From IMG/VR virus record IMGVR_UViG_3300030116_002442: a stretch of 64,000 nucleotides of DNA; one strand, written 5' to 3'. Both the position numbers and the translations under genes were made by a program. A model generated the notes under the pieces. It was not told the DNA's origin. It saw only the letters and a list, made by a program, of their open reading frames with translations, and searched no databases. The stretch is from an uncultured virus (IMG/VR IMGVR_UViG_3300030116_002442) (taxonomy: Duplodnaviria; Heunggongvirae; Uroviricota; Caudoviricetes). The first letter of the stretch is position 1. Every line of letters begins with the position of its first letter. Positions 47,813-56,109 of this stretch are shown piece by piece.

Positions 47813-49633
47813 TTAATTTTTAAATGGAATTAATCTACCACCTTCCTTTTTGTAGTAAACAAATCCCAAAGTTTCACCCTTTGCTTCTTTTTCTCTTGCC
47901 TGTAATTGAAATACATCAATATTATGAATTAAACACAATCCAAAAGCTATAGCCCTATCCGTGTTTCTTGTTCCATAATCAGACAACTCATTTAACAATT
48001 CTATGAACCATATATCATCAACATTTGTTTTAATATAATCGTCCATGTACTGCTCCATAACGGCCTTGGTTTGTTTATTCATTTGTAAACCATATCTATT
48101 TCTAGTTAAGGTACCAGGCGCGTGTGCAGTTTTGGGTTTTTCTTTCATATATTTAAGAGCTTTATTTCTCTTAAAATAATCTATTATCCCAATTCTTGTA
48201 TACTCTATGAGCATTTTAGCATTATAATATACAGCTAATTTTAAACATCCATCCCAGAATTCTTCTGCTGTTTTAGGTCTTTCTGTATACTCAGCAATAA
48301 TATAATCACTTGGTATTTCAGTAGAAACAAATCTTCTGTATATCAAAGCGCTTCCCATAGAAGCTGTAGATTCTGCAGTATCTTGGTCATAAGAATCAAT
48401 ACCACCAATGTCTAAATTATCATATTCTAACATTGGATGTTCTAATATTTTATACGGACCATTTTTATCTGCTATCCATTCTACATTATCAGTAAATCCA
48501 TCTTCATCATCAAACACCCATTCCAATCTACCATGTTGTATTTGATTTTGAAATTTAGTGTGACTCATTATTCTGCCTCTTTGAGCGTTAATAAGTGATA
48601 AATCAAATCTACTTCCTTTAGTCTTTAAAAATGCTTCCTCTACTGTTAGAGGGTAGTTTTGTATATGTAAATTATAAGCTTTACTATTATCTCTACCTTC
48701 TAGCTTTTCTCTTTCTTTTAACAACTCTTTTCTTGCGCCCACTTCGTCACTTTCTCCAGTTTTTAAATCAAAAAAACCATAATAACATACAGAAGCAGGT
48801 ATAAATAAAGGAATTAAATTAAATGAATCTGCATTGTAATACATTTCCATAAAATCTTTAGATGAGGTTTCTATATCACCACCCGTTCCTCCAATTACAG
48901 GAACTCCAAATTGTATATTACCATCCATAAAACAAGCTTTTGATGACATATAAGCATTTAGCAACTCCTTGAACTCACCAGCTTCTTCAAATATCATTAC
49001 ACTTAAACGTTCACCTTTAAAAACTTCTGGATTAGACATTGTTCTACAATGTATAGCAGATTGATAACCTCCTATATTCCATTTACCATCTTTTGTTTTT
49101 TGTTTATATCCACTTTTAACCACATCCGAAGTATCTTTCAATACTGAATGTTTAAAGTTATTATGCTGTGCATTTAAACCTTTTTTCACTTTGTCAAAGA
49201 ACGAATCTGCAGTAACTTGTAATCCTGCAGCTATTCCTACCTCATTATAAGGATAGAATGTGTATTCGTGAGCACATAATGCAGAATTCATATAACTAAA
49301 ACCTTTATCTCTGGCTTTTATTACAATCATTCCCTTTTGCTCATCTTTACATTGCTCAAAGGTATCAAAATATAGTTTATCTAAATCTCTATACCACGGA
49401 GCAATTAAAGTTTTTCTGTTTCCAGATTCTTCTCCACTATTACCTAAAATTCTATAAAAATTTAAGTAATAATAATGCTTTCCTGTTATCTTATCCATTC
49501 CCTTTGGCTTGTAGCCATTCTTACACCTATGTATTTGCTCTTCCCAATACTCTTGATAAGAAACTGACTCTGGGTCTAAATCGGGTATACCCTCATAGAC
49601 TATAGGAGCATATTTCTTTATGTTCTTAGACAT
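47813..49633 (-). CDS. terL: terminase large subunit
   Basis: KARDKGFS Walker A, IFEEAG Walker B, GGTGG, GIDSYD nuclease motif, NTDRAIAFG. Confidence 0.92.
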   Translation of the reverse strand: MSKNIKKYAPIVYEGIPDLDPESVSYQEYWEEQIHRCKNGYKPKGMDKITGKHYYYLNFYRILGNSGEESGNRKTLIAPWYRDLDKLYFDTFEQCKDEQKGMIVIKARDKGFSYMNSALCAHEYTFYPYNEVGIAAGLQVTADSFFDKVKKGLNAQHNNFKHSVLKDTSDVVKSGYKQKTKDGKWNIGGYQSAIHCRTMSNPEVFKGERLSVMIFEEAGEFKELLNAYMSSKACFMDGNIQFGVPVIGGTGGDIETSSKDFMEMYYNADSFNLIPLFIPASVCYYGFFDLKTGESDEVGARKELLKEREKLEGRDNSKAYNLHIQNYPLTVEEAFLKTKGSRFDLSLINAQRGRIMSHTKFQNQIQHGRLEWVFDDEDGFTDNVEWIADKNGPYKILEHPMLEYDNLDIGGIDSYDQDTAESTASMGSALIYRRFVSTEIPSDYIIAEYTERPKTAEEFWDGCLKLAVYYNAKMLIEYTRIGIIDYFKRNKALKYMKEKPKTAHAPGTLTRNRYGLQMNKQTKAVMEQYMDDYIKTNVDDIWFIELLNELSDYGTRNTDRAIAFGLCLIHNIDVFQLQAREKEAKGETLGFVYYKKEGGRLIPFKN

Positions 49634-49635
49634 AT

Positions 49636-49812
49636 TTAATCTTTTTGTCCCTCTATTGCTTTTTTCTCTTCTGGTAACCTTGCTTCACTTAATTTACCAC
49701 CTACTTTAAAAAATGTTTCCATTCTTTTTTTATGTGCTTTTAACTTATCTTCTTCTATAAAATTATCTCCGTCTCTAACGTACTTAGTACCATTTATTTT
49801 TATCTTATTCAT
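49636..49812 (-). CDS. 58-aa protein (not in ORF track); FKVGGKL motif, ends GQKD
   Basis: MNKIKINGTKYVRDGDNFIEEDKLKAHKKRMETFFKVGGKLSEARLPEEKKAIEGQKD*; ATGA overlap with the upstream gene. Confidence 0.65.
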   Translation of the reverse strand: MNKIKINGTKYVRDGDNFIEEDKLKAHKKRMETFFKVGGKLSEARLPEEKKAIEGQKD

Positions 49813-50336
49813 ATCTTAGATTTTATATTCATTTGCTCTTCTAAGTAACTCATTTTAGCCTCTCCTTTTATTTTCTTTCTTTCTCCTCTTCTTTCTATTG
49901 CATCTAATAATTTTTGTCTAGTGTTTAATACTTTCTCTACACCTATCATTATTTTTTGCATACTTTCAGCATTATCTTCATTAATCTTCACATTCTTCAT
50001 TAGCTGAGTGTACTCATCTATCTTTTCATTAAAAGCTATTAGTTGAGCGTCTAATGGGTCAAACTGTAGCTCTTTATATTTTTTAATTGCGTTAGCAATT
50101 TTTTCGTTTCTAATACCTTTCCAATTATAAGTATCAAACACAGCTTTACTTACTGACTTTACTTGTTCTCTCTCTACAAAGTGCCTATAAGGAGAATCAT
50201 AATCACATACTAAAGCCACCCATAATATTCCTTTCAACCCAAATTCTTCTACTACCTCTCTAAACTCTTCAATAGCATACAAACCATCGTCTGTTTCTAT
50301 AATTTCCCCCCGCTTATCAATGTTTAGTAAATACAT
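49809..50336 (-). CDS. helical protein, candidate terminase small subunit
   Basis: Position upstream of TerL; DYDSPY motif; helical. Confidence 0.45.
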   Translation of the reverse strand: MYLLNIDKRGEIIETDDGLYAIEEFREVVEEFGLKGILWVALVCDYDSPYRHFVEREQVKSVSKAVFDTYNWKGIRNEKIANAIKKYKELQFDPLDAQLIAFNEKIDEYTQLMKNVKINEDNAESMQKIMIGVEKVLNTRQKLLDAIERRGERKKIKGEAKMSYLEEQMNIKSKI

Positions 50337-50337
50337 A

Positions 50338-50811
50338 CTATGTTGTTGTGTTTAACGCTACAAACAATTCTAATTTACAAGTAGCTGTATTAGCAAGTGC
50401 AGTAATAGTCTCTATATCTATTTGTGTAGCACTTGAGTCATGAGCGGCGTCACTTGTAAAAAATTGAGGGTGTTCTGTTGATGTATTTGGTGTTGCAAGT
50501 ATAAAGCTTCTACCAGCATCTAACCTAAAAGCGGCAACGGAAGCAGTTGAACTTTCTTTTTCTATACCTATTGTTATAAAATTTGTTGTATCTAAATTTG
50601 TTAATCTTACATATTCTACATCGTCTTGGTCTAAAGTTGATATACCAGCTGCGGCAGATGCAAATGTTAATAAGTTTATTTCAGAAGTTGGCACCTCTAC
50701 AATAGTTTTTAAACATTGAGTGATACCAGCAATAGACTTAGTTTGTGTGGAATTAAATTTTTGACCATTTAACGAAAGGGTCTCTGTAACTGTAGTTGTT
50801 AATGTAGCCAT
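50338..50811 (-). CDS. hypothetical virion protein (paralog of 50820-51278)
   Basis: LTTTVTE...VEYVRLTNLD...LELFVA. Confidence 0.6.
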   Translation of the reverse strand: MATLTTTVTETLSLNGQKFNSTQTKSIAGITQCLKTIVEVPTSEINLLTFASAAAGISTLDQDDVEYVRLTNLDTTNFITIGIEKESSTASVAAFRLDAGRSFILATPNTSTEHPQFFTSDAAHDSSATQIDIETITALANTATCKLELFVALNTTT

Positions 50812-50819
50812 ATGTTATA

Positions 50820-51278
50820 TTATTTTGCGTCAGTACTTGCTATAAACAATTCAACCTTTCCTTTACCTCTCACACAATATGCTTTAACAGAATCTATATC
50901 TTTCAAAGCAGTATAATCTGCAGCATCTATACTATCTCCTTCAGCAAATGTTGATAATGTATGAGAGTATATGTAATAAGATTCTCCTTGTGATAGTTCG
51001 TAAAGTTTACAAAGGTCGCCTTCGCTATTTACTTCTACAATCATAGGTTCAGCACCTAAGCTTGTTATTCTAACATATTTAACAGCTCCATCGTCAAACA
51101 CACCTCCGCTTACAGTATCTGCATGTGTAGTGTATAAAGTTGTTACAGTTCCTTGTTTAAAAGAAAATACTCTTTCGTGAACATCAGTAATGTTTGGTAT
51201 TTGTAGCGTCTTTACGTTTCCGTAACTTTTTCCTTGGACACGAACTTTTTCAGTATGGGTTATTGTAAGTATAGACAT
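50820..51278 (-). CDS. hypothetical virion protein (paralog of 50338-50811)
   Basis: LTITHTE...VKYVRITSL...VELFIA. Confidence 0.6.
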   Translation of the reverse strand: MSILTITHTEKVRVQGKSYGNVKTLQIPNITDVHERVFSFKQGTVTTLYTTHADTVSGGVFDDGAVKYVRITSLGAEPMIVEVNSEGDLCKLYELSQGESYYIYSHTLSTFAEGDSIDAADYTALKDIDSVKAYCVRGKGKVELFIASTDAK

Positions 51279-51571
51279 TATTTTTTTATTTTAAATTTTA
51301 GTTTCCATACACCATGTTCTACATATGTGTATGATTCATTAACATATTCTCCTGTGTCGTAATTTAAATAGGTTTCATAACCTTCATATACGCCTCCCCC
51401 TACATATGATATAGATTTATCGGCTATTTTATAACCTTTATCTATTAAATTCATTATTATATCATCTTCTTTTTTTACGATAGATGAAAACTCTTTAAAA
51501 AACGTGTTATGATACAATTCACCCTTAAGCGTCTTGTATATAGACCCGTATTTTGTTTTTTCTAAAAACAT
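51278..51571 (-). CDS. hypothetical protein
   Basis: 97-aa ORF with -7 element 4 nt upstream. Confidence 0.6.
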   Translation of the reverse strand: MFLEKTKYGSIYKTLKGELYHNTFFKEFSSIVKKEDDIIMNLIDKGYKIADKSISYVGGGVYEGYETYLNYDTGEYVNESYTYVEHGVWKLKFKIKK

Positions 51572-51575
51572 TACT

Positions 51576-51583
51576 CAAAGATA
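51576..51583 (-). promoter_or_regulatory. -7 element TATCTTTG, 4 nt before ATG
   Basis: Exact TAnnTTTG. Confidence 0.6.
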
Positions 51584-51601
51584 TGAAAATTTAATGACAT
51601 G

Positions 51602-52198
51602 TTAATTTCTGTTTGTAGAAATAGATGTTAACACTTTATCAACACCAACTACATAAGGTATATCTCTTGTGTTTTTACCTTCTGAGCTTAAAATTATGTC
51701 ATTGTTTTTTATCTCTCTAAACTCTTTATTTAAAAATATTAATACTGGTAAATGCTCTCCTTCGTCTATAGTTAACCTTACTTCGTCTATCATTCCAGCA
51801 GTTCTTTCAAAAAACAAAGATAATGTAGTGTTATTGTAAGCTGCTGAACCCACAAAAGTATTTATAGGATATGAATACACATAGTCTTCTGTTAATAAAG
51901 TTCTTTCTACAAATACATTATAAGGTTTTTTTTCAAAATCATTTACTACATCATCACTTATTGTGTTAGTTACTGTTACTCTAGTAGCAATAGTTGATGC
52001 AGATACAGTTCCTATAGTTTTTTTAGTTCCTTCATCATTAATATATTTTACAACATCTCCTAATTTTAATTTTTTTGTTGACCAATCCACATAACCTGGG
52101 TCAGTGTCTTCCCAATATTGATTAATAAGGTTGCTTGTAACTGTAGATTTACCTAATTTTATTATAGTGGAATTATATGAAAATATTATATGATACAT
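51602..52198 (-). CDS. protein with C-terminal paralog family A domain
   Basis: YSYPINTFVG...LSLFFE...VRLTIDEG. Confidence 0.6.
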   Translation of the reverse strand: MYHIIFSYNSTIIKLGKSTVTSNLINQYWEDTDPGYVDWSTKKLKLGDVVKYINDEGTKKTIGTVSASTIATRVTVTNTISDDVVNDFEKKPYNVFVERTLLTEDYVYSYPINTFVGSAAYNNTTLSLFFERTAGMIDEVRLTIDEGEHLPVLIFLNKEFREIKNNDIILSSEGKNTRDIPYVVGVDKVLTSISTNRN

Positions 52199-52500
52199 TA
52201 TTTTGTAACTATTTTAGTAAACGAACCTACAGCAGTCACATCTTGTACGTCATACCTTTCTTCTAAATCAGAAAATACTATTACTGATTCTGAAGATGTG
52301 TTAAATATCTCAGCAATAGATTTTATTACCCTTTCCCCTCTACCGCTAGTAACTGTTAAAGGTATTCTGTAAGAAAGTGGCGCTTTTTCAAAATACAAAT
52401 CTACTAGTATAGCTGAATTGTACTTGCCACCCATAAAATGCCTTACTGGTAATAGTAAATAATCTGATTCGGTGTTTACAAACAATACGTGTCTTTCCAT
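52198..52500 (-). CDS. small protein, paralog family A
   Basis: LLPVRHFMGG...LYFE...LTVTSGRGERVIKSI. Confidence 0.6.
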   Translation of the reverse strand: MERHVLFVNTESDYLLLPVRHFMGGKYNSAILVDLYFEKAPLSYRIPLTVTSGRGERVIKSIAEIFNTSSESVIVFSDLEERYDVQDVTAVGSFTKIVTK

Positions 52501-52504
52501 TATG

Positions 52505-52512
52505 CAAATATA
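52505..52512 (-). promoter_or_regulatory. -7 element TATATTTG, 4 nt before ATG
   Basis: Exact TAnnTTTG. Confidence 0.6.
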
Positions 52513-52514
52513 CT

Positions 52515-52543
52515 AAAAAAAACAGGAGGCCAGAAAGACCTCC
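52515..52543 (-). terminator. intrinsic terminator
   Basis: - strand GGAGGTC-TTTCT-GGCCTCC then TG and a T run. Confidence 0.7.
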
Positions 52544-52576
52544 CATCCCATGAAAACTGAACTAAGAAAAGAACTA

Positions 52577-52584
52577 CAAAGATA
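52577..52584 (-). promoter_or_regulatory. -7 element TATCTTTG
   Basis: Exact TAnnTTTG, no ORF before the next terminator. Confidence 0.5.
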
Positions 52585-52597
52585 TGAATTATTTTTT

Positions 52598-52954
52598 TTA
52601 TCGTTTTCCGCCAAAATATTCCTTTGCAAATCCTTCCTTAACTAATAAATCGTTTACGCTAATATACTCATTTTCTTTTTTTATGAATAATTCTCCTAAC
52701 ACCCTACCAAACTTACCCTTACCATGAGACTTCATAATTATATTATCTTCTTCTAACATTTCTATTAACCTTTCTTTAGAAGCAAGACCTCTAGCTTTTT
52801 CTTCTAAATCTCTTGTTCTACTTTCAGGAGCGTTTATTCCATACATTCTTATTCGCCTTTTAATGTGAGTGTTAAAACCTAAGTCAATCATAACATCTAA
52901 TGTATCACCATCAACTACCCTGTCTATCTTTACTCCATAATTGTATTTTTCCAT
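52598..52954 (-). CDS. thermonuclease (SNase-like)
   Basis: RVVDGDTLDV...IRMYGINAPE...GKFGRVLG. Confidence 0.9.
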   Translation of the reverse strand: MEKYNYGVKIDRVVDGDTLDVMIDLGFNTHIKRRIRMYGINAPESRTRDLEEKARGLASKERLIEMLEEDNIIMKSHGKGKFGRVLGELFIKKENEYISVNDLLVKEGFAKEYFGGKR

Positions 52955-52955
52955 A

Positions 52956-53045
52956 TCACAAGTTTATATCGTCGGGCGCCTGGTCTATAATGTGTTTCTT
53001 TAACCAAACGCGCAAGCGTTTTAAAAATTTTTTATACCAACCCAT
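52956..53045 (-). CDS. 29-aa basic amphipathic peptide (not in ORF track)
   Basis: MGWYKKFLKRLRVWLKKHIIDQAPDDINL*; exactly fills the gap between neighbours. Confidence 0.45.
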   Translation of the reverse strand: MGWYKKFLKRLRVWLKKHIIDQAPDDINL

Positions 53046-53783
53046 TTAATACACAGCTACTATAGTTACCCCTCCTCCGTATACCTCTTCTCCATTTGCT
53101 TGTGCTAATTCTATTAATAAATAATTTGTTTCATCCGCAGTAACATCTGTAATATCTATTGCTGTACCTATGTTACCTGTTCCTCTACTTGTAACTGTTT
53201 TGCTATTTATATCTGCTTCGTATACTGTAACTGCAGATGTTGCGCTACCATATATATTAACTACAGTAGCTTTAAAACCCTTTGGTATAGTTACAGAAGC
53301 ATATAGTGGGGCGGTAGAAAAAGACTCTACCCACCTATCACTACCAGTGTCATCTATCATTACAGGTCTACCTACATCATCTGCTATAAAGTCTCTTGGT
53401 AATATTTTTATAAGATTTCTACTTCCATGCCAGCCATTATCATGACTATTACCCGAACTATACGTCCAACTTAAATCTGATATATGTGATGATGGGAATG
53501 TTGAGGTAGCTGTATTAAATTCTATGTATATGTTGTCTCCTGTAGAAAATTCTTTAGTTATATCTTCTAATACCTCTTTATGTTTGTTATTAGTTATAGT
53601 AAGCGTAACAGCAAAATTATTCATACCTTTAGTATCTGTATTTTCTACTAAGGGTGTAAAATATAAATTTAACTCATTATCAGCATTAGGGTGAGCTCCT
53701 GTAAAATTATCTAATGGCACAAATACTTCACCTTCTGTTTGATTGTTTGTAGCACTTTTATTTAATAGTATAAATTTTCTCAT
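53046..53783 (-). CDS. two-domain protein: N-terminal family A domain plus beta-rich C-terminal domain
   Basis: VFVPLDNFTG...LNLYF...VTLTITNNKHKEVLEDI. Confidence 0.6.
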   Translation of the reverse strand: MRKFILLNKSATNNQTEGEVFVPLDNFTGAHPNADNELNLYFTPLVENTDTKGMNNFAVTLTITNNKHKEVLEDITKEFSTGDNIYIEFNTATSTFPSSHISDLSWTYSSGNSHDNGWHGSRNLIKILPRDFIADDVGRPVMIDDTGSDRWVESFSTAPLYASVTIPKGFKATVVNIYGSATSAVTVYEADINSKTVTSRGTGNIGTAIDITDVTADETNYLLIELAQANGEEVYGGGVTIVAVY

Positions 53784-54142
53784 TATGTATCTTGTATATT
53801 TACAGTTATAGAAAAAATACTAGTAACACCAGCAATAGAATACTTACCACTTACATCGTCACCTATTTCTATTAAATAATTTTCACCATTAGAAAACTCT
53901 TCCATAATAGCTCTAAATACAGTTCCAGATGACCCAGTTGATGTGTTTATCACTACATTATCAGTGGCAGTATTAGCAGTAGATTTAAACTCATGCATGC
54001 ATTTAAAGTTTAACATTACCATTGTAGAGTCTATAGTATAACCGCCTTCAAATCTACTCAAAGGATATAAACAAGAAGAAGTTTGGTCGTCGTCGTCAGC
54101 TACATTAGCTACATTTCTAAAGTATACATATTTATCATTCAT
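53783..54142 (-). CDS. small protein, paralog family A
   Basis: KYVYFR...LYPLSRFEGG...MLNF...VFRAIMEEF. Confidence 0.6.
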   Translation of the reverse strand: MNDKYVYFRNVANVADDDDQTSSCLYPLSRFEGGYTIDSTMVMLNFKCMHEFKSTANTATDNVVINTSTGSSGTVFRAIMEEFSNGENYLIEIGDDVSGKYSIAGVTSIFSITVNIQDT

Positions 54143-54146
54143 ACAT

Positions 54147-54154
54147 CAAATTTA
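54147..54154 (-). promoter_or_regulatory. -7 element TAAATTTG, 4 nt before ATG; first promoter of the late block
   Basis: Exact TAnnTTTG. Confidence 0.6.
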
Positions 54155-54297
54155 CAAAATTTTTATTTTTTTTATTTTTTTAGTGTAGGCACGTTTCTGT
54201 GAAGGTCTATATTGTTACGCCCCCACCGTCTCTCATTCTTCAAACCCCCGAGGCCTCAACATAACATCTGTCTATGTAACATAAAAAAGGATTGTTA

Positions 54298-54322
54298 GTT
54301 TTGCTGTTCTGTATTGTATTAA
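54298..54322 (+). promoter_or_regulatory. repeated early motif GTTT[TG]GC[TC]NTTC, copy 1
   Basis: 23/25 identical to the copy at 54879-54903. Confidence 0.5.
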
Positions 54323-54338
54323 CTAAAACTATATTACT

Positions 54339-54584
54339 ATGAACAAGTTATTTATTTATTTACCATTAGGTTATGTTATATTAGGATGGACTATATTCTT
54401 ATCATGTCTTGTCTTCACAGAACCTAACTACCAAGCGTTACTAATATTACTACTATGTATTATGTTAGTAAAGTATTACCTATTCTATGCTATCAAATAT
54501 GTTAGACAATCAGAGAAAGATGAGATAGAATGGAAAGAATATCTTAAAGAATTAAAAGAATTAAGAGAAAAGAGGGACATTTAG
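54339..54584 (+). CDS. small two-TM membrane protein
   Basis: Two hydrophobic helices, charged tail. Confidence 0.65.
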   Translation: MNKLFIYLPLGYVILGWTIFLSCLVFTEPNYQALLILLLCIMLVKYYLFYAIKYVRQSEKDEIEWKEYLKELKELREKRDI

Positions 54585-54596
54585 TCCCTTTTTTTT
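54573..54596 (+). terminator. intrinsic terminator
   Basis: AGGGAC-ATTTA-GTCCCT then T run. Confidence 0.7.
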
Positions 54597-54878
54597 ATAA
54601 AAGGTTGTACCTGCGGTACGATTTGTTTAATATTTGTTATAAAAACGAGTGTATGTGTACAAGTATGAACCACTATATTCTGCCATTATCACTACTATGT
54701 GTTACTCAGTGTGTTACATGCGTTATGTTGTTCTGTACTATTTAGGTAATTAGTATTGTTATGCTGTGCTTGTTGTCCCACACCCGCCCAAGTTACGAAA
54801 AAAAAATGACATTGTCAAGTCTATTCTTAAGTATTTATGCTACTTCATACTATTTAGATGTTCTGTCTGTTATGTATT

Positions 54879-54903
54879 GTTTTGCTTTTCTTTATTGTAT
54901 TAA
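54879..54903 (+). promoter_or_regulatory. repeated early motif, copy 2
   Basis: GTTTTGCTTTTCTTTATTGTATTAA. Confidence 0.5.
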
Positions 54904-54906
54904 TAC

Positions 54907-54987
54907 TGATAAACCTCTTCTATAGGTGCTAATTGATTGAAAGATATTAGCTATATAGTTTGTTCAGATGAGCAAAGGGGTTTATCA
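54907..54987 (+). ncRNA. candidate structured RNA (three-way junction)
   Basis: 13-bp closing stem TGATAAACCTCTT/AAGGGGTTTATCA, GAAA-capped arm, second hairpin; G-U pairs favour the + strand. Confidence 0.45.
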
Positions 54988-55117
54988 TATCATTCATAAG
55001 TAAGGATTAGTCAGTAGCCTAACTAACAACTGAAGACACCGAGATGTGGATAAACTATAATCTAAGGTTACGCCCTCTCACCTTAAGCAGAGGGCATTAT
55101 ATTTTAGCTATGAAAAT

Positions 55118-55264
55118 ATGAGTCTAAATAAATCAGTACTTGTAGTCATATTGTGGTTTGCAATGTGTCTATTTGTTTTAACATCACTATCATCATGCAG
55201 TACAAGTAAAATCAACTCATGTTGGGACAGTAATGGTAAAACTAAAAATGGTATATACAAATAA
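55118..55264 (+). CDS. 48-aa lipoprotein (not in ORF track)
   Basis: MSLNKSVLVVILWFAMCLFVLTSLSSC-STSK...; LSSC lipobox. Confidence 0.6.
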   Translation: MSLNKSVLVVILWFAMCLFVLTSLSSCSTSKINSCWDSNGKTKNGIYK

Positions 55265-55266
55265 TT

Positions 55267-55278
55267 GTTTTGCCGTTC
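55267..55278 (+). promoter_or_regulatory. repeated early motif, copy 3
   Basis: GTTTTGCCGTTC. Confidence 0.45.
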
Positions 55279-55338
55279 GTTATTATAGGTTTTGTTTGCT
55301 CGCCTTGAAGAGTAATATTAATTTAATTTTATTAAGCT

Positions 55339-55920
55339 ATGACAACATTAGCAAATTTTAAAAAGCTTGAAAATGTTTCAAGTGTACCTGTAGAGTATAT
55401 GGATAGAACTCCAGGTATTAAAACAGGGGTATTAGATACTCTTACACCATCATTTACATACAAAATGTACAATGGTATTGATAAAAATGGTAACATAAAA
55501 ACTACCGAGCCTAAGCCATATGATATGGCAGATATCGTTCTTATTGAAAGACGAAAAGATAAAACTGGCCAATGGTATGACAAAGAATTACCTACATTCT
55601 CAATGAACTTTAAATCTGTAGAACAATCTGACAACAGGGTTACATTTTATTCCATGTTATTCAGAAATTGTACATCTAAAGACATTGTTAATGAAATGTC
55701 CACAGGTAAATTAATCAAATCTAAAGCTTTCGTTAGTATTCTAAATGCTAATGATATACAACCTAATCAGTTTGTAGATATGGTTAAAAACCTAAAAACA
55801 CCTATCTCGTTTGCTCAATACAAGCGTGATAATGGACAACTAAACTTCGTTGATGTAGATTACTACAACGAAAACAAAGCACAATCTTCTAATGCTACTA
55901 CAGAAGAACCTGTGTTTTAA
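55339..55920 (+). CDS. hypothetical early protein
   Basis: 193 aa; acidic C-terminus EEPVF reminiscent of SSB tails; strong terminator follows. Confidence 0.75.
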   Translation: MTTLANFKKLENVSSVPVEYMDRTPGIKTGVLDTLTPSFTYKMYNGIDKNGNIKTTEPKPYDMADIVLIERRKDKTGQWYDKELPTFSMNFKSVEQSDNRVTFYSMLFRNCTSKDIVNEMSTGKLIKSKAFVSILNANDIQPNQFVDMVKNLKTPISFAQYKRDNGQLNFVDVDYYNENKAQSSNATTEEPVF

Positions 55921-55924
55921 TTCT

Positions 55925-55956
55925 AAGGGGGACTTCATCGTTCCCCTTATTTTTTT
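55925..55956 (+). terminator. intrinsic terminator
   Basis: AAGGGGGAC...GTTCCCCTT then T run. Confidence 0.75.
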
Positions 55957-56056
55957 AACCCCTGTCAGCACAGGGGAGCTTAGCCCTACCAATCGACGGC
56001 GTGGGCGCGCTTAGTCACTATCATGCACGGTAGTGTGCCAATAGGTACAATTATTT

Positions 56057-56068
56057 GTTTGGCTGTTC
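56057..56068 (+). promoter_or_regulatory. repeated early motif, copy 4
   Basis: GTTTGGCTGTTC. Confidence 0.45.
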
Positions 56069-56109
56069 TTTGCTTGTTGTTTTTTGTTTAACCTTTAATA
56101 CTTTATGCT

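Noticed and set aside
54920..54975. SAM-I riboswitch resemblance (GGTGCTAA...GATGAG)
   Set aside because: Lacks the ATCnAGAG P1 and GCAACC core elements.
55004..55063. Hammerhead-like sequence (GTC...CTGAAGA-CAC/GTG-GATAAAC)
   Set aside because: The core needs GAAA directly after stem II but reads GATAAA, and stem I does not pair properly. Not called, although a cleavage assay would be cheap.
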